Shown one piece after another: positions 10,554 through 21,130 of a stretch of DNA of 64,000 nt. Source of the stretch: Phycisphaerales bacterium (lineage in GTDB: Bacteria > Planctomycetota > Phycisphaerae > Phycisphaerales > UBA1924); NCBI GenBank assembly GCA_965227775.1, contig OZ245777.1, positions 992,001 through 1,056,000 on the forward strand, in the 5' to 3' direction. The translations under genes were made by a program, and so were the position numbers. The stretch's first letter is position 1. Each line of letters begins with the position of its first letter. Below the pieces are notes generated by a model that worked only from the letters and a program-made list of their open reading frames with translations, was not told the origin of the DNA and made no database searches.

Positions 10554-11645
10554 ATGCCACTGACCGACTACAACACTCTTGGCCGCAGCGGCCTTCGCGT
10601 CAGCCCGTTCTGCCTGGGCACCATGACCTTCGGCAAGGAGTGGGGCTGGGGCAGCGACGTCGAGACGTCCAACGAGGTCATCAAGACGTTCCTGGACGCG
10701 GGCGGCAACTTCCTGGACACCGCCAACATGTACACCAAGGGCCACAGCGAGGTGGTCATCGGCGACTACTTCGACAGCGGGCCGGGCAAGGGCAATCGCG
10801 ATCGCGTGGTCATCGCCACGAAGTTCCTGAGCAACATGTACCCGGGCGATCCGAACGGCGGCGGCGCGTCGCGCAAGACCATCTACGAGAGCTGCGAACA
10901 GAGCCTGCGTCGGCTCAAGACCGACTACATCGATCTGTACTGGATGCACTTCCACGACAAGCACACGCCCCTCGACGAGACGATGCGCGCGCTCGATGAT
11001 CTGGTACGCTCGGGCAAGGTCCGCTATATCGGGTTCAGCGATACGCCCGCGTGGCGCGTCGTGCAGGCGCAGTACGAGGCGATCTTCCGAGGCTGGAATC
11101 CGCTGATCGCGCTGCAGATCGAGTACTCGCTACTCGAACGCACGGTCGAGCACGATCTCATGCCGATGGCGCGCGAGATGGGCCTGGGCGTCACGCCGTG
11201 GAGCCCGATCAAGGGCGGCATCCTCAGCGGCAAGTACACGCGGGAGAACACGCCCAAGGAGGGCGAGGGCCGCTACAAGGAAGACAGCCGCTACCTGACC
11301 GAGAAGACCTTCAAGATCGTCGACGCGCTCGTGGAGATCGGCAAAGCGCACAACGCGAGCGCTGCGCAGGTCGCGTTCAAGTGGGTGCAGGATCGTCCGG
11401 GCGTGGCGTCCACCATCATCGGCGCACGCAAGATCGATCAGCTCAAGGACAACCTCAAGGCCCTCGACCTCGAGCTGACGGAGGACGAGACCAAGACCCT
11501 CGATAAGCTGAGCGCGCCGGATCCGATCTTCCCGCACTCGTTCCTGGCCAACATCGACAACGCCATCCAGGGCGGCACGACCGTCAACGGCGTCACCAGC
11601 GAGGTGGCCCCGTTCGCGCCGCAGAACGACGATGAACGCTGGTAG
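10554..11645 (+). CDS. Aldo/keto reductase
   Basis: LGRSGLRVSPFCLGTMTFG, DTANMY, IATK, DYIDLYWMH, GKVRYIG. Confidence 0.95.
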   Translation: MPLTDYNTLGRSGLRVSPFCLGTMTFGKEWGWGSDVETSNEVIKTFLDAGGNFLDTANMYTKGHSEVVIGDYFDSGPGKGNRDRVVIATKFLSNMYPGDPNGGGASRKTIYESCEQSLRRLKTDYIDLYWMHFHDKHTPLDETMRALDDLVRSGKVRYIGFSDTPAWRVVQAQYEAIFRGWNPLIALQIEYSLLERTVEHDLMPMAREMGLGVTPWSPIKGGILSGKYTRENTPKEGEGRYKEDSRYLTEKTFKIVDALVEIGKAHNASAAQVAFKWVQDRPGVASTIIGARKIDQLKDNLKALDLELTEDETKTLDKLSAPDPIFPHSFLANIDNAIQGGTTVNGVTSEVAPFAPQNDDERW

Positions 11646-12213
11646 ACCGCAGCCCGACCTGCGTACACGTCGGTTGCGTGTGCGTTTCCCACACGAAAAC
11701 GATGCAGGCGCGATCGCGCGGTACTACGTCGAGAACCGGAGCCATCTCGAGCGATTCGGGCCCTCGAGACCGGACTCGTTCTACACCGAAGCATTCTGGC
11801 GCACGCGCATTGCGGAGATGCAAGACGAGTTCCGTGCTGATGTCGCCGTGGCATTCTTCGTGTTGTTGCCGGAGATCGACACGGAAGTCATTGGTCAGGT
11901 CAACCTCTTCAACATTGCGCGCAAGGTCTTCCAGTGCGCCACCATGGGCTACTCGGTTGCCGAAGCGTACCAGGGGCGGGGCTACACCACCGAGGCGTGC
12001 CAAGCGGTGGTCGAGTACGCGTTCGGGGACTTGAACCTGCATCGCGTCCAGGCGGGGCACCTGCCAGAGAACCTCGCCAGCGCGGCCGTGCTGCGTAAGC
12101 TCGGGTTTGCCGCAGAGGGCTATGCGCGCGACTACCTGTACTTCCACGGCAAGTGGCGCGACCACGTGCTGCTGGCGAAGACGAATCCCGAGTGGGAGGA
12201 GCGTGGTCGTTAG
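11632..12213 (+). CDS. rimJ: RimJ/RimL-type GNAT N-acetyltransferase
   Basis: [33 protein letters not shown]. Confidence 0.8.
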   Translation: MNAGRPQPDLRTRRLRVRFPHENDAGAIARYYVENRSHLERFGPSRPDSFYTEAFWRTRIAEMQDEFRADVAVAFFVLLPEIDTEVIGQVNLFNIARKVFQCATMGYSVAEAYQGRGYTTEACQAVVEYAFGDLNLHRVQAGHLPENLASAAVLRKLGFAAEGYARDYLYFHGKWRDHVLLAKTNPEWEERGR

Positions 12214-13547
12214 CCGAACTCGTGGGCGTAGATCGCGCGCGTGCCGCGGTGGGTAGGGTCGATGTTCCCCGCGTTGAAGACCGTGTGCCCGCCCACGAGC
12301 GTGCGGATGACCTGGCCCTTCAGCGTCTCGCCGTGCCACGGGCTCCAGCGGCACTTGGTGAGCTGCTCGTCGTCGCGAACGACGTGCGTCTTGTTGATGT
12401 CGACTAGCGCCAGGTCGGCGTCGTAGCCGGGGACGATCGATCCCTTGTTCACGATGCGCCACGTCTCGGCGGGCTTCTCGCACATCCACGTGACGATCTG
12501 CTCGAGCGTGCACTTGCCTTGATGCATGGCGGTCAGCATGACGGCGAGCGAGTTCTCGACGGCCGGCATCCCGCTGGGGCTCTTGGGGTATGGCTGATTC
12601 TTCTCTTCGAGCGCGTGGGGCGCGTGGTCGGTCACGACCATCTCGAGCACACCGTCGCGCAGGCCCTGCCAGACGCCCTCAACGTCGGACTTGGTCTTGA
12701 TCGCCGGGTTCATCTGGATGCGTGTGCCCAGGCGGTCGTAGTCGTCGATGCTGAACCAGAGGTGGTGCGGGCAGGCTTCGCCCGACACGACGCCGGGGTG
12801 GGTCTTGCGGGCCTCGGCGATCAGCGGGATCTCATCGGCGGTCGACACGTGCAGCACGTGGAAGCGGTGCTTATGCCGCGTCGCAAGGTCAATGGCGCGG
12901 GCCGTGCAGATCTTGGCCGCGGCATGGTCGCGGATCTTGCTGTGGTCGTGCACGGTCTTGCCGCCTTCGAGCTTCGCGGCGTTGGCGATCACCGTGTCCT
13001 CGTCCTCGCAGTGCGCGCAGATTGGTAGCGTTGTTTCCGCAAAGATGCGCTCCAGGTCGTCCTGCTGGTCGACGAGCAGATCGCCCGTGCTCGAGCCGAT
13101 GAAGATCTTGATGCCCGGCGTGCGGGTCGCGTTCTTGAGCTCCTCGAGGTTCTTGGGCGTCGCGGCGATGTAGAAACCAAAGTTCACGATGCAGCGGTCG
13201 GCGGCGAGCGACAGCTTGTGATCGATCGCCTGCTGGCTCGTCGCGTTGGGCACCGTGTTGGGCATCTCGATGAAGGTCGTCACCCCGCCCTTGGCGCACG
13301 CGAGCGTGGCCGTGTGCAGGTCTTCCTTGTGCGTCAGGCCCGGTTCGCGGAAGTGCACGTGGGAGTCGATGACGCCGGGGATCAGGTGCAGGCCTGACGC
13401 GTCGATGATCTCGTCGGCGCGGGCGCTGGGGGCTGGGTCGACGTCGAGGATGCGCCCACCGCCCAAGAGAACCGATGCCGGGCGCGTGCCGCCTGGCAGG
13501 ACGCAGGTGGCGTTGTCGATGCGGACTCGGGTGGCGGCTTGGGGCAT
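12210..13547 (-). CDS. pyrC: Dihydroorotase (amidohydrolase, multifunctional complex type)
   Basis: [37 protein letters not shown]. Confidence 0.85.
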   Translation of the reverse strand: MPQAATRVRIDNATCVLPGGTRPASVLLGGGRILDVDPAPSARADEIIDASGLHLIPGVIDSHVHFREPGLTHKEDLHTATLACAKGGVTTFIEMPNTVPNATSQQAIDHKLSLAADRCIVNFGFYIAATPKNLEELKNATRTPGIKIFIGSSTGDLLVDQQDDLERIFAETTLPICAHCEDEDTVIANAAKLEGGKTVHDHSKIRDHAAAKICTARAIDLATRHKHRFHVLHVSTADEIPLIAEARKTHPGVVSGEACPHHLWFSIDDYDRLGTRIQMNPAIKTKSDVEGVWQGLRDGVLEMVVTDHAPHALEEKNQPYPKSPSGMPAVENSLAVMLTAMHQGKCTLEQIVTWMCEKPAETWRIVNKGSIVPGYDADLALVDINKTHVVRDDEQLTKCRWSPWHGETLKGQVIRTLVGGHTVFNAGNIDPTHRGTRAIYAHEFG

Positions 13548-13604
13548 GGTCGTTCCTTGGTCGGTGCGTGAAATCGACCTAGGCTAGCAGCGAGGAACGC
13601 ACCC

Positions 13605-14453
13605 ATGGCACCTACCACGCGGCGGCGCAGCGCCCAGCCGCCCATCACCGACACGCAGATCGAGCTGGCCGCCCAGGCCGCCCGCTGCGTTGTGCAGACG
13701 CACGAGGCCATCGTCGGCTTTCTCCGGCACGGCCAGACGCTCGCCGAGATCGACCGATTCGTGGGCGAAACGCTGGCTGACCTTGGCTGCAAGAGTTGCT
13801 TCAAGGGCTACCGCGCGGGCCGCCACCCGCCCTTTCCAGCTCACGCGTGCCTGAGCGTGAACGAGACGGTCGTCCATGGCCATCCCGGCAGCCATCAAGC
13901 GCCGCTGACAGAAGGCGACGTGCTCAAGGTCGACATCGGCGTGAGCAAGCAGGGCTGGATCGGCGACGCTGCGTACACGTACAGCTTCGGCGAGCCCGAC
14001 GCGACGACGCGCAAGCTCATGGACTGCGGCAAGGAGGCCCTTCGGCTGGGCATCGAGGCGATGCAGCCCGGCGCGGAACTCATCGAGTGGGCGAGGACCA
14101 TCCAGCACTATGTCGAGAAGGTTTGTAGCTTCCACATGGTGCGCGGGTTGGGCGGCCATGGTTATGGCCGCACGCTGCACGCCCCGCCGTTCATCTCGAA
14201 TACGGTGCCGGCGGTTGCCGCGCTCGAGTGGCGTGAGGCGCACCACAAGTTCACACCCGGCATGCTGCTGGCGGTCGAGCCCATGATCGCGGTGGGGACC
14301 GGAAGGATCACGCAGCACGGCAACGCGTGGCCGCTGGACATCGCCGACGGCAGCCAGAGCGTGCATTACGAAGCCGATGTCCTGATCACCGAGGATGGCC
14401 CGAGGAACCTGACCGCTGGGCTGGAGAAGCTGCCCGACGTGATTTCCAAGTAG
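13605..14453 (+). CDS. map: Type I methionine aminopeptidase
   Basis: SVNETVVHG, KVDIG, GDAA, GHG, AVEPMI, HYE metal ligands. Confidence 0.9.
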   Translation: MAPTTRRRSAQPPITDTQIELAAQAARCVVQTHEAIVGFLRHGQTLAEIDRFVGETLADLGCKSCFKGYRAGRHPPFPAHACLSVNETVVHGHPGSHQAPLTEGDVLKVDIGVSKQGWIGDAAYTYSFGEPDATTRKLMDCGKEALRLGIEAMQPGAELIEWARTIQHYVEKVCSFHMVRGLGGHGYGRTLHAPPFISNTVPAVAALEWREAHHKFTPGMLLAVEPMIAVGTGRITQHGNAWPLDIADGSQSVHYEADVLITEDGPRNLTAGLEKLPDVISK

Positions 14454-14520
14454 TGGGTGCGACGCCCAGAGAGCGATCGCGGTAGACGCGGATAGAGAGA
14501 GCTGAGCGAAGGAGGAGGCG

Positions 14521-15192
14521 ATGCCGAAGGTCGGAGTGATCCTGAGCGGGTGCGGCGTGTTCGATGGTTCGGAGATCCACGAGGCGGTCGCGGTCTTGCA
14601 CGCGATCGACCGCCACGGGGCCCAGGCGGTCTGCCTCGCGCCGGAGATGGAACTCGATGAGATCAACCACCTCAGCCAGCAGCCCACCGGCAAGAAGCGC
14701 AGCGTGCTGATGGAGTCCGCCCGCATCGCCCGCGGTGAGATCACGCCGCTGGCTGAGGTCAAGGGTGGCGACTTCGACGCCATCGTGCTGCCCGGGGGCT
14801 TTGGCGCCGCCAAGAACTTGTGCGACTTTGCGAGCAAGGGCCCCGACTGCACGGCCCACCCCGAGGTCACGCGCGTGCTCACCGAGGCCCAGCAGGCCGG
14901 CCGTCCGATCGGCTTCGCGTGCATCTCGCCCGCCGTGGCCGCCCGTGTGTTCGGCAAGGACCTAGGCCCGAACCTGACCATCGGCGACGACAAGGGCACG
15001 GCTGGCGGGCTTGAGGCCATGGGCGCCACGCACCAGGATTGCGAGGTCACCGGCATCGTCGTCGACAACCGCCACCGCATCGTGTCGACCCCCGCATACA
15101 TGCGCCCGGAGCGCATCACCGACGTCTTCACCGGCATCGGCGCGATGGTGGACAAGGTGATGGAGATGGTCGAGCAACCGGCGGCGGTGTAA
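14521..15192 (+). CDS. elbB: Glyoxalase ElbB (DJ-1/PfpI family)
   Basis: LSGCGVFDGSEIHEA, ESARIARG, PGGFGAAKNL, STPAYM. Confidence 0.95.
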   Translation: MPKVGVILSGCGVFDGSEIHEAVAVLHAIDRHGAQAVCLAPEMELDEINHLSQQPTGKKRSVLMESARIARGEITPLAEVKGGDFDAIVLPGGFGAAKNLCDFASKGPDCTAHPEVTRVLTEAQQAGRPIGFACISPAVAARVFGKDLGPNLTIGDDKGTAGGLEAMGATHQDCEVTGIVVDNRHRIVSTPAYMRPERITDVFTGIGAMVDKVMEMVEQPAAV

Positions 15193-15199
15193 GCACCCG

Positions 15200-16216
15200 A
15201 TGTTGCTATTCGGGGCGATCCAGATCCTGTTCTTGCTTGTGCTCCTGGCCCTGCCCGTGGTTGGGATCTGGGCGTTGCTCTCGTGCGCGGGCATCGGGTT
15301 TGATCAAGTCCGCCGCGCTGCGCGACGGGTGAGGAAGGACGCCAGCCCGGCCGTCTGCGGTGTGTGCGGGCATGCCGTCGGCGAGCGCATCACCGGCGAT
15401 AGGTGCGCCGAGTGTGGCACTCCGTACTTGCGCGGCGGCATCGTCACCACGGCAACCACCGTTCGCCTCGGTGCGCCAGTCTCGCTTGCAGTGGTCATGA
15501 TCATGGCGATGTGCTTGGCCGTGGGTGGCATCACGGTGTCGATCGGTACCGCTATCGGCAACCAGATCTCCGTGGGTAGCACGACGATCTACGAGTACAC
15601 GAGCAATCAGACGTACGGCCCGTGGTCAGCTAGTGCGAACGCACCCAATTACCACTTCTACGTCAACGCTAACCTGCGAGGTCCCGATCGATTCACGTCG
15701 GGTCCCCCAGTGGAGCCATACGTCGAGCCGCGCGCGGGCACGTTGCAACTCGGGTTGCGAGGACCGGATGCAAACCCGATCTCGTTGACCTACGACGTGG
15801 GAACTGACTCGTGGTCCATCCCGGCTCGTGGCGGCACGCCGGGGGCATCGGGAACGGACGCCGAGAGCGCCGTTTGTGAGTTGTATATTCGCGCCGGGCT
15901 CGAGTCCTATTGGATTCACTCGCAGGCAGAACTGGATGATGCGATCCTGATCGCCAACACCTTGGCGGGCGAGGGCCCAACGGCCCAGGGCGTTCAGTCG
16001 ATCGGCATGATGCTCTCGAACAGCGGAGCCGGGCTTACGTCGCAAGGCGGGGGGGTGGGAACGCAGCCCATGGGACTAGGGACCATGGGCGACCCGAAGG
16101 TCATGATCGCGGTGATCATCGCATTGGTTCCGCCCGTTGCCTTGTTCGTCGCCGCCTTGTGGCTGCTCATACGCATCCGCCGACGAGCTCTGGCGCTCAC
16201 TCGGCCAGCCCAATGA
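15200..16216 (+). CDS. Hypothetical membrane protein with Cys4 zinc-ribbon-like motif
   Basis: Three hydrophobic segments; CGVCGH...CAECG. Confidence 0.65.
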   Translation: MLLFGAIQILFLLVLLALPVVGIWALLSCAGIGFDQVRRAARRVRKDASPAVCGVCGHAVGERITGDRCAECGTPYLRGGIVTTATTVRLGAPVSLAVVMIMAMCLAVGGITVSIGTAIGNQISVGSTTIYEYTSNQTYGPWSASANAPNYHFYVNANLRGPDRFTSGPPVEPYVEPRAGTLQLGLRGPDANPISLTYDVGTDSWSIPARGGTPGASGTDAESAVCELYIRAGLESYWIHSQAELDDAILIANTLAGEGPTAQGVQSIGMMLSNSGAGLTSQGGGVGTQPMGLGTMGDPKVMIAVIIALVPPVALFVAALWLLIRIRRRALALTRPAQ

Positions 16217-16240
16217 AAAACGCCCGCTCTCCAGCGGGCG
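16216..16240 (-). terminator. Rho-independent terminator downstream of tRNA-Ser
   Basis: Stem CGCCCGCT/AGCGGGCG (16221-16240) followed by a T-run on the minus strand. Confidence 0.75.
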
Positions 16241-16250
16241 CTTCATGAAG

Positions 16251-16340
16251 CGGAGCGGGAGGGATTCGAACCCTCGGTACCGGTAAAACCAGTACACCGG
16301 ATTAGCAATCCGGCCCCTTCAGCCTCTCGGGCACCACTCC
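16251..16340 (-). tRNA. tRNA-Ser(GCT)
   Basis: Minus strand GGAGTGG acceptor stem, anticodon arm CCGGA-TTGCTAA-TCCGG, long variable arm, GGTTCGAATCC T-arm. CCA not encoded. Confidence 0.95.
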
Positions 16341-16379
16341 AAACGGCCGGGGCATGCGTCCCGGCGGGCCCGCATGGTA

Positions 16380-16994
16380 TCAACCAGCAGGGGCCGCGTC
16401 ATGCTTCCCATTCGGATCACCCCGGGCCCCATCTTGAGGCAACCCAGCCGCGGTGAGCAGCCGGCGGTAGAGCGCCAGCGTGTCCTCATCGAAGGCGCAC
16501 AGGGTGATCGACTCGAGCCTCGGCAGCGGATCGGGATCATCCTCGGTGGGCCTGATCGCTGCCGCAAGCGTGCGAACGGCGATGATCGCCGCATACTCGG
16601 CGGGGAAGCCGTAGGTGCCCGTCGAGATGGCGGGGAAGGCGATCGACCCGATCTTGCCCTTCCGGCATAGCTCCAAGCACGACCGATAGCACTGCGTGAG
16701 CGTGTCGTCTTCGCCGCTGCGGCCATTCACCCACACCGGGCCCACGGTGTGGATGACGCAGCGGGCGGGCAGCTCGAACGCCCGTGTCACGACCGCCGAG
16801 CCCGGCTCGCAGCGCACGCCCGGGCGCACCTCGGGAAGGTCGAGGCACGCGTCTTCCAACCTCGGGCCGGCCGCCTTGTGGATCGCCCCGCACACGCCGC
16901 CGCCCGGGGCCAGCATCTCATTGGCCGCGTTGACGATCGCGTCGACGCGGAGCGTCGTGATGTCGTCCCGGATGGCCTCGATCACCGGCGGCAT
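16380..16994 (-). CDS. Macro domain protein (O-acetyl-ADP-ribose deacetylase, YmdB-like)
   Basis: DIT..VDAIVNAAN, GGGVCGAIH, VIHTVGP, FPAISTGTYGFP. Confidence 0.9.
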   Translation of the reverse strand: MPPVIEAIRDDITTLRVDAIVNAANEMLAPGGGVCGAIHKAAGPRLEDACLDLPEVRPGVRCEPGSAVVTRAFELPARCVIHTVGPVWVNGRSGEDDTLTQCYRSCLELCRKGKIGSIAFPAISTGTYGFPAEYAAIIAVRTLAAAIRPTEDDPDPLPRLESITLCAFDEDTLALYRRLLTAAGLPQDGARGDPNGKHDAAPAG

Positions 16995-17036
16995 GGGCGG
17001 CTCCTCCCCGTTCGTAAGAAACGGAGACGAGAGAGC

Positions 17037-17726
17037 CTAGCGCTTGAAGAGCACCGCGTTGCCCGTGTCCAGCACCGCCAGCGGCAGCCCGTGTTGCGCC
17101 GCGAACGCGTCTACGGCGAGCTTGCAGCCGGGAAAATCCCCGTTCGGCCAGGGCCCATAGTCGTCGATCACGAGCACCCCGCCCGCCGACAACCGGGGGT
17201 AGAAGTACGCCAGCGAGTCCATGGTGGGGTCGTGCAGATCGACGTCGACGTGCACAAAGCGGTACTGCTGTTCGGGCAGTTCATCGAATGCCTCGGGAAT
17301 CCACCCCTTGACGAGCGTCGCGCCGGGAAAGTCGGCAAGCGTGCGCCGTGCGAGCTCGAGCGAGGTGTCCGCGAACCTGCCGGCGTACTCGGGCCGTTCG
17401 TCGGCCTGCGTGGGCTCACTCAGTCCTTCAAACGAGTCGATTGCGAAGTGGCCCGCGCCGTCGAAGCCGGTATCCTCGGCCCGCATCATCTCGCACAGCA
17501 CGTACGACGCGAGCCCGCGATACACGCCGGCTTCGACCGTGGCGCCAGGTGCGCCACGCGTGAGCGCGAACATCTGGGCGAGGTGGTAGAAGCGCGGGCG
17601 CCGCCACGCATTGTCGCGCATGCCCGTGAGCGCCAGGCCGCGCTCGTACCGCCGCGTGAACGCCTCGTCGGCGTCCACGATGCGGGGCTGGACCAACTCG
17701 TCGAGGCTCATCGCTTGGGCGGTCAT
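17037..17726 (-). CDS. TylF/MycF/NovP family O-methyltransferase
   Basis: VEAGVYRG, DSFEGL, VKGWIP, VHVDVDL, GGVLVIDDY. Confidence 0.85.
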   Translation of the reverse strand: MTAQAMSLDELVQPRIVDADEAFTRRYERGLALTGMRDNAWRRPRFYHLAQMFALTRGAPGATVEAGVYRGLASYVLCEMMRAEDTGFDGAGHFAIDSFEGLSEPTQADERPEYAGRFADTSLELARRTLADFPGATLVKGWIPEAFDELPEQQYRFVHVDVDLHDPTMDSLAYFYPRLSAGGVLVIDDYGPWPNGDFPGCKLAVDAFAAQHGLPLAVLDTGNAVLFKR

Positions 17727-17795
17727 GCAAGAAGCATCGACGGCGGCGCGGGCGCGCCTTGAGCCAAACCGCTCCTGCCCAGATTTAGCCCGGGG

Positions 17796-19829
17796 TCAGC
17801 CCTCGTCGCCATCGTTCTCGGCTGGCTCTTCTTCCGCCTCGCCGTCGGCCATCCAGCGGTTGTTGTCCGTGTCGACGTCCGGCAGCAGGCTTTGCGGGTC
17901 GACGATGGCCCGGCGGAGTGCCCTCCCGTCGAGCACCACCTCGAAGGTGCGTTCCCGCGTCGTCGCCCATGCCTCGACCGGGTAGAAGCGGCGGTCGTAC
18001 GAGCCGTCATCGAACTGCACGATGACCTCGGCGGGCATCACCATTTCGCCCAGAGAACGCACGGTGATGGAGGCGGTGGGCACGTACGGCTCTTCGAGTT
18101 CCTCGCCCTCGCTTTCGGACTCGGTCGCCTCGGGCTCTTCGCTGAAGGCGACCTCGACCGCCTGATCGAGCGTGCCGTCTTCGAGGAACCACTGGCGGAA
18201 GAACCACGCGAGGTCGGCGCCGGCGGCGTCTTCCATCGTGCGGAAGAAGTCGGCCGGCTGCGGGCTCTTGAACGCCCAGCGGCGGACGTACTCGCGGAAG
18301 GCGTAGTCGAAGCGATCGGGCCCGAGCACGACCTCGCGCAGCAGGTGCATGCCCATGGCCGTCTTGCGGTATTGCAGGCGACCCAGCAGCCCAGGCAGGT
18401 TGCGATCGGGGAACACGGCGATCGGCTGGCTTCGGCCGCGCGCGAGCTGCATGGTCTGACGGCGCGCTCGGCCGGGGTCGAGCTCGGTACCGCGGAACTT
18501 GGCAAGCGAGTGCATGTTGATGAAGGTGTTGAAACCCTCGTCCATCCACGCGTGCCGCCGCTCGTCGGTGTTCACGACCATCGGGAACCACGTGTGGCCC
18601 ACCTCGTGGTCGGTCACGCCCAACGGCCCGCGGCCGGTGCGCCCGCCGCAGAAGATGATCATCGGATACTCCATCCCGCCCTCGGGCCCGTTCACGTTGG
18701 TCATGATCGGGTACGGGTACGGATAGAGGAAGTCGCTGTAGAACTCGACGCTGTGGGCGACATACTGCGTGCTGCCGCCGAGCTCGGCCGTTGGCTTCCA
18801 CTCCTCGGCTTCCACCGGGTAGAGCGACTGGCAGAGCACGGTCTGCTCCTTGCCATCCAGGTCTTTGATGACCACGCCGCACGCGTCCCAGATGAATGCG
18901 TCGCTGGCCGCCCAGGCAAAGGTGCGGATACTGTCGCCGCGGAACTTCCACGTCAGCGGTCCCTCGCCACTCGGTCGCGACGATGGGTCGCCGACTTCCT
19001 TAGCGCTGCGGATCATCACCGTCTCGCGACTGTTCTTGGCTTCTTCGAGGCGCTTGCGTTGCGTCGGCGTGAGCACCTGCGAGGGATTCTGCAGCACGCC
19101 CGAGCCGGCGACCAGGTACGTGCGCGGCACCGTGATGCTGACCTGGTAGTTGCCGAAGTTGGTGTAGAACTCGCCGCTGCCGGCGTAGGGCAACGTGTTC
19201 CAGCCGTGCACGTCGTCGTAGTTGCACAAGTGCGGGAACCACTGGGCATACTCGAAGATGCGGCCCTGCTCGACATCCTCGGCGCCCATGCGGCGGAGGT
19301 ACGGCGGCATGTCGAAGGCAAACTCGAGCTCAAACCGGAACCGCTGGCCGGGCTTGATCGGCCGCGGAAGCTCGACGCGCATGAGCGTGTCGTAGATGGT
19401 GAATTCCAGGTCCCTTCCGCCCGAGCGAACGTAGGGGATGTCGTATCCGCCGTTGAATTCGTCATCCATCGCCCGCATCGGGCCGCCGCCCGTGCGGCTG
19501 CGCGTGCCGATGCTGTCCTGCCGGAACAGGTTCTGTTCGAGCTGAACCCACAGGTACGTCAGCGTGTCGGGCGAGTTGTTGTGGTAGGTCGCTTCGAGCG
19601 TGGCGCTCAGCCGCCGGCTCTCGGCGTCGAGCGTCGCGTCAATCTTGTAGTCAACGCGCTGCTGCCAGTACTGCGGCCCCGGTGCGCCAGACCCCAGGCG
19701 GAAGGCGTTGGGCGTGGGTAGGTCGAGCGGCGCGAACGCCTCATAGGGACGCTCCTCACCGGTCTGGGCGACGGCCCGAGCGGTCAGGCAGGCGAGCAGG
19801 GCCATCACGACGGCAAGCATGGATCGCAT
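17796..19829 (-). CDS. Secreted M1 family metallopeptidase
   Basis: Signal peptide, GGMEYP, HEVGH plus WMDEG (HEXXH-X18-E). Confidence 0.9.
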   Translation of the reverse strand: MRSMLAVVMALLACLTARAVAQTGEERPYEAFAPLDLPTPNAFRLGSGAPGPQYWQQRVDYKIDATLDAESRRLSATLEATYHNNSPDTLTYLWVQLEQNLFRQDSIGTRSRTGGGPMRAMDDEFNGGYDIPYVRSGGRDLEFTIYDTLMRVELPRPIKPGQRFRFELEFAFDMPPYLRRMGAEDVEQGRIFEYAQWFPHLCNYDDVHGWNTLPYAGSGEFYTNFGNYQVSITVPRTYLVAGSGVLQNPSQVLTPTQRKRLEEAKNSRETVMIRSAKEVGDPSSRPSGEGPLTWKFRGDSIRTFAWAASDAFIWDACGVVIKDLDGKEQTVLCQSLYPVEAEEWKPTAELGGSTQYVAHSVEFYSDFLYPYPYPIMTNVNGPEGGMEYPMIIFCGGRTGRGPLGVTDHEVGHTWFPMVVNTDERRHAWMDEGFNTFINMHSLAKFRGTELDPGRARRQTMQLARGRSQPIAVFPDRNLPGLLGRLQYRKTAMGMHLLREVVLGPDRFDYAFREYVRRWAFKSPQPADFFRTMEDAAGADLAWFFRQWFLEDGTLDQAVEVAFSEEPEATESESEGEELEEPYVPTASITVRSLGEMVMPAEVIVQFDDGSYDRRFYPVEAWATTRERTFEVVLDGRALRRAIVDPQSLLPDVDTDNNRWMADGEAEEEPAENDGDEG

Positions 19830-19976
19830 GGAGATCTCCCGTGGCGGTCCGAGTGCCGGACGCGGGGCAGTCTACGCGGGCTGGCTGCCGTGTCCGGCGG
19901 CTGCGCCGGTGGGCCGCGTCGTATACCATCCCCTTCGCCCCAGCCCCAGCCAGCCCGACCCGCGAAGGAACCGCCC

Positions 19977-21047
19977 ATGCCCGCCATGATCGATATCGAG
20001 CACCCCGCCCTGCTCAAGGCCCAGCCCTTCCCCGACTTCTCGGATTGGCAGGAGCCAACGCGCGAGGGCGGCCGCGAGATCCCGTTCCGCGAGGCGTTGC
20101 GCGAGGCCATGACCTTCGCCATGCGCGAGGACGAGCGCGTGTTCCTGCTGGGCGAGGAAGTCGCCGAGTACAACGGTGCGTACAAGGTCAGCCAGGGCAT
20201 GCTCGACGAGTTCGGACCCAAGCGCATCATCGACACGCCCATCAGCGAGAACGGTTTCGCGGGCATGGCCATCGCCGCGGCAATGAGCGGGCTCCGGCCG
20301 ATCGTCGAGTTCATGAGCTGGTCGTTCAGCCTCGTCGCGGCGGACCAGATCCTCAACAACGCGCCCAAGATGTTGTACATGAGCGGCGGGCAGTGGGGCT
20401 GCCCGATCGTGTTCCGCGGCAACGACGGCGCGGGCGGCCAGCTCGGCAGCACACACAGCTGGTGCGTCGAGGGCCAGTACAGCAACGTGCCGGGTGTCAA
20501 GATGGTCATCCCCAGCAACGGGCTCGACGCCAAGGGTCTGCTGCGCACCAGCATCGCCGACCCCGACCCGGTCTTCTTCCTCGAGAGCGAGCGCATGCTC
20601 GGCGACACCATGCACGTGCCAGAGGAAGACTACTTCATCCCCTTCGGAAAGGCCCGGCTGGCGCGTGAGGGCGACGCCTGCACCGTCGTCAGCTTTGGTC
20701 GGCCCGTGAACTTCTGCTTGGAAGCCGCCGAAACGCTCGCCGGCGAGGGCATCGAGGTCGACGTGCTCGACATGCGGACCATCCGCCCGCTCGACATCGA
20801 CGCGATCATTAAGAGCGTCAAGAAGACCAACCGCGTGGTCATTGTCGACCAGAGCTGGCCCTTCGCCGGCGTGGCGAGCGAGGTCATCACGCAGATCATC
20901 GAGCACGCCTTCGACTGGCTCGACCACCAGCCCGTCCGTGTGAACACGGCCGATGTGCCCACGCCCTACGCGAAGAACCTCGAGGCCGAGTACCTGCCGA
21001 ATCCGAGCAGGATCGCGGCAGCGGTGAAGGGCGTCGTGAAGGCCTGA
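19977..21047 (+). CDS. pdhB: Pyruvate dehydrogenase E1 beta subunit
   Basis: GEEVAEYNGAYKVS, DTPISE, GLRPIVEFM, DMRTIRPLD. Confidence 0.9.
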   Translation: MPAMIDIEHPALLKAQPFPDFSDWQEPTREGGREIPFREALREAMTFAMREDERVFLLGEEVAEYNGAYKVSQGMLDEFGPKRIIDTPISENGFAGMAIAAAMSGLRPIVEFMSWSFSLVAADQILNNAPKMLYMSGGQWGCPIVFRGNDGAGGQLGSTHSWCVEGQYSNVPGVKMVIPSNGLDAKGLLRTSIADPDPVFFLESERMLGDTMHVPEEDYFIPFGKARLAREGDACTVVSFGRPVNFCLEAAETLAGEGIEVDVLDMRTIRPLDIDAIIKSVKKTNRVVIVDQSWPFAGVASEVITQIIEHAFDWLDHQPVRVNTADVPTPYAKNLEAEYLPNPSRIAAAVKGVVKA

Positions 21048-21130
21048 GCGTTATCACGCATAAGACGTGACGGGCAACCGCGCGGGGCTCATCCCCAACA
21101 AGTGAGAGGTTTGCTCCGAGGAGGCTCGCC

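Noticed and set aside
16251..16340. tRNA-Ser as an integration site of an island
   Set aside because: I found no duplicated tRNA 3' end or integrase in the window, and the terminator directly follows the tRNA.
16380..16994. Macro domain as part of an anti-phage or toxin-antitoxin system
   Set aside because: It looks like a standalone YmdB-type enzyme with no ADP-ribosyltransferase or sirtuin neighbour.
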